Positions 1 through 7,388 of a stretch of 58,838 nt of DNA are shown here, piece by piece. Below the pieces are notes generated by a model, which was not told the DNA's origin, did not search any database, and saw only the letters and a list, made by a program, of their open reading frames with translations. Each line of letters opens with the position of its first letter. Position 1 is the first letter of the stretch. This stretch comes from Pseudomonadota bacterium (lineage in GTDB: Bacteria > Pseudomonadota > Alphaproteobacteria > MPNO01 > UBA830). The stretch is taken from positions 1-58,838 of the forward strand of contig JAYZFO010000041.1 of NCBI GenBank assembly GCA_036336685.1, read 5' to 3'. The position numbers and the translations under genes are program-made.

Positions 1-792
1 TCGCCGGATGGGACCCTCGAAATGGCAGGCGGCACAACCGTCCAGCGCTATCGCGGTAACTGGAAACTGCAGATAGAAAATTCGATCGACCTCTTGCATC
101 CACAGATTTTGCATAACAGCGCTGTCGATGCTGCCAACAGGGCGGATCACGGCGGGCGCGAGCCGTCCATCGAATGGGACACGGTTAAAGCAAATGGTCT
201 TAGCGTTTCGGAATGGGACCAGTTACAGGTCGCTGCTTTACCTCGGGGGCATTGCTGGATGGGTGGGTTCTTAACCAAATCCATCGACGAGGACGCTGAG
301 AAAGTCGTGATGGACGAAGATGGTTGGCGGGCGTTGCAAGCGCAGTACCGCGACATCATGGTCGAAAAACACGGTGAACAGTCGGCTAACTTGATTCTCG
401 GGTTCAACCGCCATAACACAATCGTTTATCCGAACCTGTTCGTAAATTCGCGTCTCGCGCAGATCCGTATCCTGCACCCGACTGCTGAGAATAATACTGA
501 ACAGCACGGGTATATTTTTCGCCGGGGTGGCGCCCCGGACAAGATGTTCGAAGCATCCGTTCGCATGGTTAATGCAAACAATTCACCATCCTCCATTGTC
601 ACCAGTGACGATCACGAAGTGTTCGAACGCATTCAGGAGGCGCTCGAGTTTGGATCAATAGAATGGCTCGACTGGTCACGTGGGATTGATCAGGAAATGG
701 TGACGAACGATGCGACCAGTGGGGTAGGCACGAATGAGGTCGCGATGCGTAACCAACATCGCGCCTGGGCCGAATATATGGCAGGTGCGTAA
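1..792 (+). CDS. Rieske-type aromatic-ring-hydroxylating dioxygenase, alpha (large oxygenase) subunit. Only the C-terminal catalytic domain is present; the 5' end lies outside the window
   Basis: The frame is open from nt 1 (SPDGTLE precedes the ORF-track Met at 22). It contains NWKLQIENSIDLLHPQILH, the D-x2-H-x4-H mononuclear-iron motif of RHO alpha subunits. A beta-subunit gene follows 1 nt after the stop. Confidence 0.8.
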   Translation, partial: SPDGTLEMAGGTTVQRYRGNWKLQIENSIDLLHPQILHNSAVDAANRADHGGREPSIEWDTVKANGLSVSEWDQLQVAALPRGHCWMGGFLTKSIDEDAEKVVMDEDGWRALQAQYRDIMVEKHGEQSANLILGFNRHNTIVYPNLFVNSRLAQIRILHPTAENNTEQHGYIFRRGGAPDKMFEASVRMVNANNSPSSIVTSDDHEVFERIQEALEFGSIEWLDWSRGIDQEMVTNDATSGVGTNEVAMRNQHRAWAEYMAGA

Positions 793-793
793 A

Positions 794-1282
794 ATGGCAG
801 TATCAATGGAGCGTTGGTACGCGGTCCAGAAAACCTTGATAGAGGAATCACGCTTGTTGGATGAACGCGAATGGGACGTTTGGTTGGAAATGCTGTTGCC
901 GGAAGCGGAATATTGGATGCCCTATGCATGGGGCCAGGAAAGCGCCTTGGATCATGTGTCGTTGTTTTATGAAGACGTACCGCTGTTGCGTATGCGCATT
1001 GATAGGCTGAAGAACGATCTTTCGCCACTCGAATGGCCCCCGTCGCGCACCAACCGGCATTTGTCCAATATCCGGATCGAGTCCGATGAAGGTGACCGTT
1101 TGACCGCCAAGGGGTACTTGATGTTTGTGGAGTACCGGCGCAATGAACAGCGTTGGTTTTCAGGTCGCGTGACCTGGAACCTTCGGGAAACCGGGCAAAC
1201 TTTTCGAATTGCTGCCAAGCGCGTCGATTTACTGAACTGCGATCAGGAAACTGGGCATCTCAGGATTGCCGCACCAATTTAG
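794..1282 (+). CDS. Ring-hydroxylating dioxygenase beta (small) subunit, NTF2/SnoaL-like fold, 162 aa
   Basis: The ATG at 794 lies 1 nt after the alpha-subunit stop (taa a atg). Size and sequence (MAVSMERWYAVQKTLIEESRLLDEREWDVWLEML...) are typical of RHO beta subunits. The ORF-track start at 734 would overlap the alpha subunit by 59 nt. Confidence 0.75.
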   Translation: MAVSMERWYAVQKTLIEESRLLDEREWDVWLEMLLPEAEYWMPYAWGQESALDHVSLFYEDVPLLRMRIDRLKNDLSPLEWPPSRTNRHLSNIRIESDEGDRLTAKGYLMFVEYRRNEQRWFSGRVTWNLRETGQTFRIAAKRVDLLNCDQETGHLRIAAPI

Positions 1283-1289
1283 TCATGAG

Positions 1290-1337
1290 CGAAAAACGGA
1301 TCAAAGCTTTATCCTGACTTTGACTGTACGTTTTTCG
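1290..1337. other. Compound inverted repeat (hairpin) in the convergent intergenic region. It may be a terminator-like structure
   Basis: CGAAAAACG (1290-1298) pairs with CGTTTTTCG (1329-1337), and the nested TCAAAG (1301-1306) pairs with CTTTGA (1318-1323). That gives 15 bp in total with an 11-nt loop. There is no T-tract after the stem on either strand. Confidence 0.3.
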
Positions 1338-1427
1338 TTCGACTACGCCGTTTTGTGGGGTTAGAGGTGAATAAGTAGCTCCATACGCACTGGTGCTTAG
1401 AGTTTTCCGATGAAACAAAAGAGAATA

Positions 1428-1439
1428 GTCTTTTGACTA
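1428..1439. repeat. Copy A of a 12-nt exact repeat, GTCTTTTGACTA, downstream of the cupin gene
   Basis: It is identical to the 12-mer at 1923-1934. A second shared motif, TAATCC..CAAACCG, lies at 1451-1462. Confidence 0.6.
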
Positions 1440-1504
1440 ATTATAAGGATTAATCCAAACCGGGATGACTATCCGGCCTTCGCTCGTCGGTGTTGCCAGA
1501 AAGA

Positions 1505-1906
1505 CTATTTGAACTCGGAACCTTCGATTTCGCCCGACAGGAACACGTTGGGCTTGAGGAAGATCGCAAGTGAGAGACAGCCATTGGGCGCAGTCGCCGC
1601 GTGCCGGCTGCCGCTGGGCCGCCATACATAGTTGCCGGCTGTCACTTCACCCTCCCCGTCAACGATGCTGCCTTCCAGGATGTAGGTCTGTTCAATGTCG
1701 GTATGCTCGTGATCAGGCAATGTGGCGCCCGGTTGCCAGCGGGTGAGCACGGTCAGGAGCCCGCGCTCCTTGTCCTCCATCAGCACCTTTGTCTCGACCC
1801 CTTCGCACTGGGTCGGCTTCCATGGAATCGAATCGATATCAATGAAACGCGATGCCAAGGGGCCGCCCAGTTGCTCCTGGCCTAAAATATAACTTTGTTC
1901 ATCCAT
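1505..1906 (-). CDS. Stand-alone cupin-2 domain protein (ChrR C-terminal-domain-like), 133 aa
   Basis: The translation MDEQSYILGQEQ...WKPTQCEGVETKVLMEDKERGLLTVLTRWQPGATLPDHEHTDIEQTYILEGSIVDGEGEVTAGNYVWRPSGSRHAA fits the ChrR-type cupin pattern (H-x-H ... E ... H). GGAGGA lies 6 nt upstream of the ATG at 1906. The ORF-track start at 1969 has no RBS. Confidence 0.7.
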   Translation of the reverse strand: MDEQSYILGQEQLGGPLASRFIDIDSIPWKPTQCEGVETKVLMEDKERGLLTVLTRWQPGATLPDHEHTDIEQTYILEGSIVDGEGEVTAGNYVWRPSGSRHAATAPNGCLSLAIFLKPNVFLSGEIEGSEFK

Positions 1907-1922
1907 AATAATCCTCCAAACC

Positions 1923-1934
1923 GTCTTTTGACTA
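1923..1934. repeat. Copy B of the 12-nt exact repeat GTCTTTTGACTA, in the cupin 5' region
   Basis: It is identical to 1428-1439. It is directly preceded by TAATCCTCCAAACCG (1909-1923), which includes the cupin RBS. A partial third copy, CGTCTTTTG, lies at 2033-2041. Confidence 0.6.
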
Positions 1935-2066
1935 TTTATATAGCGGTTTTGGGTTTGAGTCCCCCTCATTCCAGCCGACCGCTTTATTCAAGTAAGAGAA
2001 TGTTTCAAAGCTAGATCTTGCTTTTTCTTTATCGTCTTTTGTCCAAGCAAAACAAGTACGTTGTTT

Positions 2067-4433
2067 TTATCTCTTGGAGAGTGCGGTGAGTACAACCTCT
2101 GGGGTGATGGGCATACGGTCTACATGGGCGCCCACCGAATGAAGTGCGTCATTGACCGCAAGCAGAATAGCTGCCGGTCCTCCAACCGTCCCCACTTCGC
2201 CTACCCCTTTTGTGCCTAGCTCTGTCCCTTCTAGCGGGGTTTCAACGTGAGCTACTGATATGTCAGGAATTTCGCTGGACATGGGTACGAGGTAATCAGC
2301 CATCGTTCCATTCATGAGCTGACCCTTGGGATCATACAGGCATTCCTCCCATAACGCCGCACCAACACCTTGTATTAGTCCGCCCCGAACCTGCTCATCA
2401 ACTAATAATGGGTTAATTACACGGCCACAGTCGTCAACCATCCACAAACCATCAATTGAAGTGAAACCAGTATCCTCATCAATGTGCACTGTTGCACCAA
2501 CCATTCCATTTCCGACTGCCGCAGCGTTTTGATCAGGAAAATAGTGCCGTGTTACGGCTAGCTCCGGCTGGATGCCCTGGGGCAGAGTGTCTTGCCGGAA
2601 ATGGCCAATTTCGGACAGCTCAGACAAACTTATTCGTGTCTGACCACCCTTTTCCTCAATATCGCTCACTATTCCGCCCTTAAGGGTAAGTTGGCTGGGG
2701 TCCGTTTGCAGGATTGCGGCTGCAAGGGTCAGAATATTTTCCCTTAAGGCGTTTGAGGCCTTCAATGCTGCTTCACCTCCTATCGTTAGTCCACGGGATG
2801 CCCAGGCACCGCCACCGTAGGGTGTTACAGCCGTATCACCCGCCACCATACGTACATCGTCTGGATTGATACCAAGCTGATCTGCCACAATTTGCGAAAG
2901 GCCGGTCCACGTTCCCTGACCTTGCTCCGTAACCGAAGTTATACAAACCACTTTACCCGATGGTTCTAGCCTGACGGTACAACCATCTTGTGTGGTTAAA
3001 CGTGCTCCAGCCGGGCCATATATCGCTGGCCCGACCGCTGTAAACTCAACCACAGTTGCGATCCCGATGCCGTAGAGTTTGCCGTTGGCTTTTTGTCGGA
3101 CCTGTTCCGCTCGCTTTTTGTCATACTCCATCAAATTAAAAAGTGACTCGAGGCATGCAGTTAATGAAAGTGGCGTCATCATCGCGCCACCCGGGGTTGG
3201 GCAGGGAAACGCGTCTAAAGAAAGATAATTTTTACGACGAATTTCGATTGGGTCCACTTCCATTTGACTGGCAGCAATGTCAATCATCTGTTCCGTTACG
3301 GCGCACGCTATGGGTTGGCCTACTCCCCGGTATACGCCGCTAGATGGTTTGTTTTGAAATGCAATTCTTAGACGTGCGTCGTAATTATTTATCGCATACC
3401 CCGCACCGGTGTTTCGGACCGTCATTGCCCCATCCGCAATTCCTATTCGGCGGTGAGAAGAGTATGCGCCGACGGTTCCGGTAACGTCTAATGATAAGCC
3501 TTCTATTAAGGCATCATCGTTTAAACCCATTCGTGCCGTTACATACATTTCGCGTGCATGAGTATCGGATATGAAGGCCTCAAGTCGGTCCGCGATGAAT
3601 TTAACTGGCCGATTTAACATTATACTCGTTGCGACAGTTGCTATCTCGTCGCCGTAAACCTGTAGTTTGAGACCGAAGCCACCTCCAACGTCGGGAGTGA
3701 TTATCCTTATTTCGTGTTCGTCGAGACCAAATTGGCAAGCAATTACATCCTTTTGTTGCCAAGGTGATTGGTGAGAAGCATGAAGGGTGAGGGATTGGGT
3801 CTCGTTCCTAAAATCGGCGATAAGGCCGCGGGGTTCCAATGTGACGCCGGTCTGGCGGCTAAAATAGAATGTTCGCTCAACGACCACTGCCGCCTTGTCG
3901 AGCGCGGCTTGGCCCTCACCTTTTGTTAGTTCCTGCTGGAAAGCAAGGTTATTATCGTATTCGGGGTGAGCAAGCGGCGAGTCGGAATCGAGGGCGGTCC
4001 GAAGATTTGATACGGATGGCATCGCCTCCCAATCGACGATCACAGCCTGGGCGGCATCTTCTGCTTGGGCTCTGGTTTCAGCTGCGACCAACGCTACAGG
4101 CTCTCCCTGCCAAGCGACACGGTCTATAGCCAATGGATGTTGGTAGGGAGAGCGCAACCCGGGCAGATGGTCCGCAATTCCTTGCCAGGGTGCACAAATT
4201 GTTGCCATTTCGGTACCGGTGATAATTCGAATAACACCGTCTAGATTCTCGGCGTTGTTAGTATTAATGCCTATAATTCGGGCGTGAGCGTGAGGACTTC
4301 GGACAAAGCAGATATGCACCATTCGGGGTAGCGTTATGTCCTCAATATATTGACCACGCCCAGCAACCAAAGAACGGGCGTTCTTCCTTGGAAAATTGCG
4401 CCCAATAATGGAATTTTCTTTTTTATCTGCCAT
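2067..4433 (-). CDS. Xanthine-dehydrogenase/aldehyde-oxidase-family molybdopterin-binding large subunit (CoxL-like; not a form I CO dehydrogenase), 788 aa
   Basis: The N-terminus IGRNFPRKNARSLVAGRGQYIEDI..VRSPHAHARI, the motif GGGFG, and the active-site-loop region SGVYRGVGQP are all typical of the family. No adjacent FAD or FeS subunit genes lie on this strand. Confidence 0.9.
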   Translation of the reverse strand: MADKKENSIIGRNFPRKNARSLVAGRGQYIEDITLPRMVHICFVRSPHAHARIIGINTNNAENLDGVIRIITGTEMATICAPWQGIADHLPGLRSPYQHPLAIDRVAWQGEPVALVAAETRAQAEDAAQAVIVDWEAMPSVSNLRTALDSDSPLAHPEYDNNLAFQQELTKGEGQAALDKAAVVVERTFYFSRQTGVTLEPRGLIADFRNETQSLTLHASHQSPWQQKDVIACQFGLDEHEIRIITPDVGGGFGLKLQVYGDEIATVATSIMLNRPVKFIADRLEAFISDTHAREMYVTARMGLNDDALIEGLSLDVTGTVGAYSSHRRIGIADGAMTVRNTGAGYAINNYDARLRIAFQNKPSSGVYRGVGQPIACAVTEQMIDIAASQMEVDPIEIRRKNYLSLDAFPCPTPGGAMMTPLSLTACLESLFNLMEYDKKRAEQVRQKANGKLYGIGIATVVEFTAVGPAIYGPAGARLTTQDGCTVRLEPSGKVVCITSVTEQGQGTWTGLSQIVADQLGINPDDVRMVAGDTAVTPYGGGAWASRGLTIGGEAALKASNALRENILTLAAAILQTDPSQLTLKGGIVSDIEEKGGQTRISLSELSEIGHFRQDTLPQGIQPELAVTRHYFPDQNAAAVGNGMVGATVHIDEDTGFTSIDGLWMVDDCGRVINPLLVDEQVRGGLIQGVGAALWEECLYDPKGQLMNGTMADYLVPMSSEIPDISVAHVETPLEGTELGTKGVGEVGTVGGPAAILLAVNDALHSVGAHVDRMPITPEVVLTALSKR

Positions 4434-4560
4434 TATGTCTGAATACCTTCAGAAGCCCGTGTGTTACTTCAATAGTTTAGTTAGTAATTTACCAATACAG
4501 GTTTGCCTACATTTTGGTGATTGCTCCACATGTTATATTTGAGCGGGGTTGTTACATACC

Positions 4561-5643
4561 CTATAAATGTGAGGAGGCAATATCGTCAAAAATTAATTTA
4601 AAGCCGGGGTGGTTTTCAAAACCGACACCGGGGCTTGTCGTTGGTTGGACAAAACCATCTTTCACTTTTAATGCTGATGAGAGATCTCCATGAGGTGCAG
4701 TCTCGTGTAGGCCTAAACCCAAACCCGCAACGGTGTTAAAGGCTAATAAATGTCCGGCGTGCGGGGCACATTGGTTTCGGGACCAGCCGTGCAGTTTCAG
4801 TTCATCAAGGATTCTTAGGTATTCGACGATTCCGTAACTCAAGGAGATATCCATCTGCAAAATATCACGGTCCTGTCGCAGGCCGCCGTATAACAAGAGG
4901 TTCCGCGTATCCTCGGCGGAAAACAGGTTCTCTCCGGTGGCTATAGGTATATCCGTTGAATGAGCAACTGCTTTGGTCGCCTCGAAATCTAAAGGACCAA
5001 CAGGCTCTTCTAACCAGGCTAGGTCACGATCGCCTATTATTTTTATAAATACTTCCGCTTCTGTTTGAGACATTATCCCATTCAAATCAAGCGCTAGTGA
5101 ACCTTGGTCGTTAATGACCCCAAGCGCAGTATCAATACGACGCTCGTCCTCCGAAAGAGTAGCACCTCCCGCTTTGATCTTTACTGTATTGAAGCCTAGA
5201 TCAAGGCAAGTCCCAACATCATTTCCTAACTGGGCGATATCATTCTCCGAGTGATAGTGACCGGTCGTGGCATAGACGGGAATGCGTGCATGTCCGGTTC
5301 CATCACCGAAACGTTCGGCAAGAAGACGCCATAGGGGCTTGTCCTCTAACTTGGCTGCAAGGTCCCATACGGCAGCGTCAAGCAACCCGACGGCGCCCGG
5401 CCTTTCACCATGACCGCCCGGCTTTTCCCCCCTCATTAGGATGTTCCATATTTTGAAGGGATCGAGACCACCTCGGTCCGAGTCTTGGTAGTCTTCTGGG
5501 TTTGCGTCTAAAAAGCGAGGAACGAAACGTTCACGTAAAATCCCCCCATGACTGTAACGTCCAATCGAGTCGAATGCGAACCCCATTACCGATTTGCCGT
5601 TACGGATTACATCCGACACGATTACGACAGCGCTTGCAGTCAT
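4561..5643 (-). CDS. Enolase-superfamily enzyme (mandelate racemase / muconate lactonizing enzyme family), D-tartrate-dehydratase (TarD)-like. The true start is probably upstream at 5724 (see findings)
   Basis: Family motifs are present: KPGGHGERPGAVGLLDAAVWDLAAK, VKIKAGG (KxK), DLNG, EEP, TGEN and PHAGH. The 360-aa ORF starts at an ATG that seems to match an internal Met of homologues. The frame stays open upstream. Confidence 0.85.
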   Translation of the reverse strand: MTASAVVIVSDVIRNGKSVMGFAFDSIGRYSHGGILRERFVPRFLDANPEDYQDSDRGGLDPFKIWNILMRGEKPGGHGERPGAVGLLDAAVWDLAAKLEDKPLWRLLAERFGDGTGHARIPVYATTGHYHSENDIAQLGNDVGTCLDLGFNTVKIKAGGATLSEDERRIDTALGVINDQGSLALDLNGIMSQTEAEVFIKIIGDRDLAWLEEPVGPLDFEATKAVAHSTDIPIATGENLFSAEDTRNLLLYGGLRQDRDILQMDISLSYGIVEYLRILDELKLHGWSRNQCAPHAGHLLAFNTVAGLGLGLHETAPHGDLSSALKVKDGFVQPTTSPGVGFENHPGFKLIFDDIASSHL

Positions 5644-5730
5644 ACCCGAAAAATTTATGCTCGCATTTCGGGTATTTGAGGATAGTGGAATGGTTTTTTC
5701 CTTAATCCCTATTATTTCTACTATTGTGTG

Positions 5731-5736
5731 TCTCCT
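5731..5736 (-). promoter_or_regulatory. Shine-Dalgarno AGGAGA, 6 nt upstream of an in-frame ATA (5722-5724) of the enolase-family gene
   Basis: The minus strand reads aacAGGAGAcacacaATAgtagaaataata. No RBS-like purine run is visible just upstream of the ATG at 5643. Confidence 0.5.
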
Positions 5737-6038
5737 GTTTGATGGTCTTTGGCCGCATCGCGTTTATAACAAGTGTATCGATAGCTTATAGAAATACGCC
5801 ACTATTAATTTGCTGCCAAACCTGTGTTTCTATTTGATGAAATGTGATTAAATCCGGCTTTGATGATTTATGGGCAGATGGAATGTAATTTCGAAAATTT
5901 TATAAGAAGAAACAATTTTTTGATTTTTGATGTTTATTGTCATACTAGCGTGACTCTGGATGGACAAATCCGCTAATGTTTGCTTATCAGATGCTGATTA
6001 GTGGCCAATAAGAAAGTGTACAGGGAAGGAACGGGACG

Positions 6039-6908
6039 ATGACCGAGTTACGGTATGAGGCGCCGGTGTCACTTGACGCGGCGGTTTCTTTGTTAAGCGG
6101 TGCAAGTGGTGGTGGAAAAATTTTTGCCGGTGGCACTGATGTATTGGTGCAATTGCACGCTGACATGATCGAACCAGACATTCTTGTTGATATTAAGAAT
6201 ATTCCAGATGTTAAGAATATGGTCGAAGTTGATGGAGCGTGGTCGGTCGGTGCCGCAGTTTCCGGAATGACTATCGTGGATAATGACGATTTTAAGGAGG
6301 CCTGGCCAGGCGTTTGCGAAGGGGTGGCTCTTATTGGGTCTGTCCAGGTTAAAGGGCGAGCAAGTATCGGCGGAAACCTGTGTAACGCTTCACCGGCGGC
6401 AGATAGTGTTCCGGCAATTATTGCGGCTGGCGCCATTGCCAAAATTATAGGGCCTAATGGACCCCGTGAAGAAGCTGTGGAAAACATTATTACCGGTCCT
6501 GGGAAAACGTCGCTTGGTGAGGGAGAGTTGATTGTCTCGTTTGCATTTCCGCCACGTCCGGCCCACTCGGGTGATTGTTATCTAAGATTGACGCCACGGA
6601 CGGAAATGGACATCGCGGTTGTTGGAAGTGGCGTGAATGTCGTTTTGGATGATCAAGGGAAATGTGTTATGGCCCGAGTTTCTATAGGCGCTGTAGCTCC
6701 CACACCGTTATTAGTTTCCGAGGCGTCAGAAGCATTAATTGGCAGCGAAGTGGATGGCGCAGCCCTCGACAAGATGGTTGAGGCGGTGCGCGGAGCTTGT
6801 GATCCCATAAATGATAAGCGCGGCACTAAGGAATATAGAATTAAAACAGCGGGCGTAATTGCCCGTCGTGCGGCCTTGAAGGCGCTGGAAAGGGCGAAGG
6901 CAAACTAA
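6039..6908 (+). CDS. Molybdopterin-dehydrogenase FAD-binding (medium, CoxM/XdhB-like) subunit, 289 aa
   Basis: The sequence MTELRYEAPVSLDAAVSLL...GGTDVLVQL...GSVQVKGRASIGGNLCNASPAADS is typical of FAD-binding subunits of XDH-family enzymes. GGAAGGA lies upstream of the ATG. Confidence 0.9.
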   Translation: MTELRYEAPVSLDAAVSLLSGASGGGKIFAGGTDVLVQLHADMIEPDILVDIKNIPDVKNMVEVDGAWSVGAAVSGMTIVDNDDFKEAWPGVCEGVALIGSVQVKGRASIGGNLCNASPAADSVPAIIAAGAIAKIIGPNGPREEAVENIITGPGKTSLGEGELIVSFAFPPRPAHSGDCYLRLTPRTEMDIAVVGSGVNVVLDDQGKCVMARVSIGAVAPTPLLVSEASEALIGSEVDGAALDKMVEAVRGACDPINDKRGTKEYRIKTAGVIARRAALKALERAKAN

Positions 6909-7387
6909 TGGCAAAAAAAGTACATGTTACAACTACTGTAAATGGTGATGAGTACGAATTTCTTACCGAACCCGGGCAAACTTTAGTCGATGTACTCCGT
7001 AATAACTTGGAACTGACAGGCACCAAAGAGGGGTGCTCAACCGGGGACTGCGGAGCGTGCAGCATTATACTTGACGGCGAACTCGTTTGTTCGTGTCTTG
7101 TTTTAGCTCCCGAAGCAGATGGAAAATCTGTGGAGACCATAGAAGGTATGGCTGAAGGCGATACACTGCACCCACTTCAACGGAATTTTCTTGAGTTTAA
7201 TGGTCTTCAGTGCGGTATTTGCACCCCAGGTATTTTAGTGGCAGCCAAAGCTCTGTTGGAACGAACCCCCGACCCCAGTGAAACGGAGGTACGCTTTTGG
7301 CTCGCAGGGAATTTATGTCGTTGTACTGGTTACGATAAAATTGTCCGCTCCGTTATGGCGGCGGCGGAAGAAATGAGAGGAGCATAA
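6908..7387 (+). CDS. (2Fe-2S)-binding small subunit (CoxS/XdhC-iron-sulfur-like), 159 aa
   Basis: It carries the plant-type cluster motif CSTGDCGACS and the second cluster motif CGICTPG...CRCTGY. The start overlaps the preceding stop (TAATG). Confidence 0.92.
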   Translation: MAKKVHVTTTVNGDEYEFLTEPGQTLVDVLRNNLELTGTKEGCSTGDCGACSIILDGELVCSCLVLAPEADGKSVETIEGMAEGDTLHPLQRNFLEFNGLQCGICTPGILVAAKALLERTPDPSETEVRFWLAGNLCRCTGYDKIVRSVMAAAEEMRGA

Positions 7388-7388
7388 T

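Noticed and set aside
5644-5674. An inverted repeat, ACCCGAAA (5644-5651) / TTTCGGGT (5667-5674), abuts the ORF-track ATG of the enolase-family gene. I first read it as an operator or translational hairpin.
   Set aside because: It falls inside the in-frame, homologue-like N-terminal extension (codons TRNASINFSG). It is most likely just coding sequence. See the ATA-start finding.
5594-5791. A 65-aa plus-strand ORF lies in the enolase/FAD-subunit spacer.
   Set aside because: It overlaps the 5' end and the probable N-terminal extension of the enolase-family gene on the opposite strand. It has no RBS, and its hydrophobic low-complexity translation mirrors the AT-rich sequence.
5776-5935. In the divergent promoter spacer I noted the 8-bp palindrome TATCGATA (5776-5783) and reiterated TTTGAT(G) words (5833, 5859, 5918, 5926).
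   Set aside because: These are short motifs in a very AT-rich region, where such words recur by chance. No regulator gene is nearby to link them to. I do not report them as sites.
5987-6487. A 166-aa minus-strand ORF overlaps the start of the FAD-subunit gene. Similar long antisense ORFs occur at 7313-7786, 46497-46976, 50082-50543, 50844-51335 and 53408-53875.
   Set aside because: All lie antisense to confidently identified genes. Their translations are low-complexity (Pro/Ser/Ala/Thr/Arg-rich) with no recognisable motifs. None has a convincing RBS. Antisense ORFs of this kind are common opposite well-conserved genes, including the hexapeptide-repeat genes such as lpxD.
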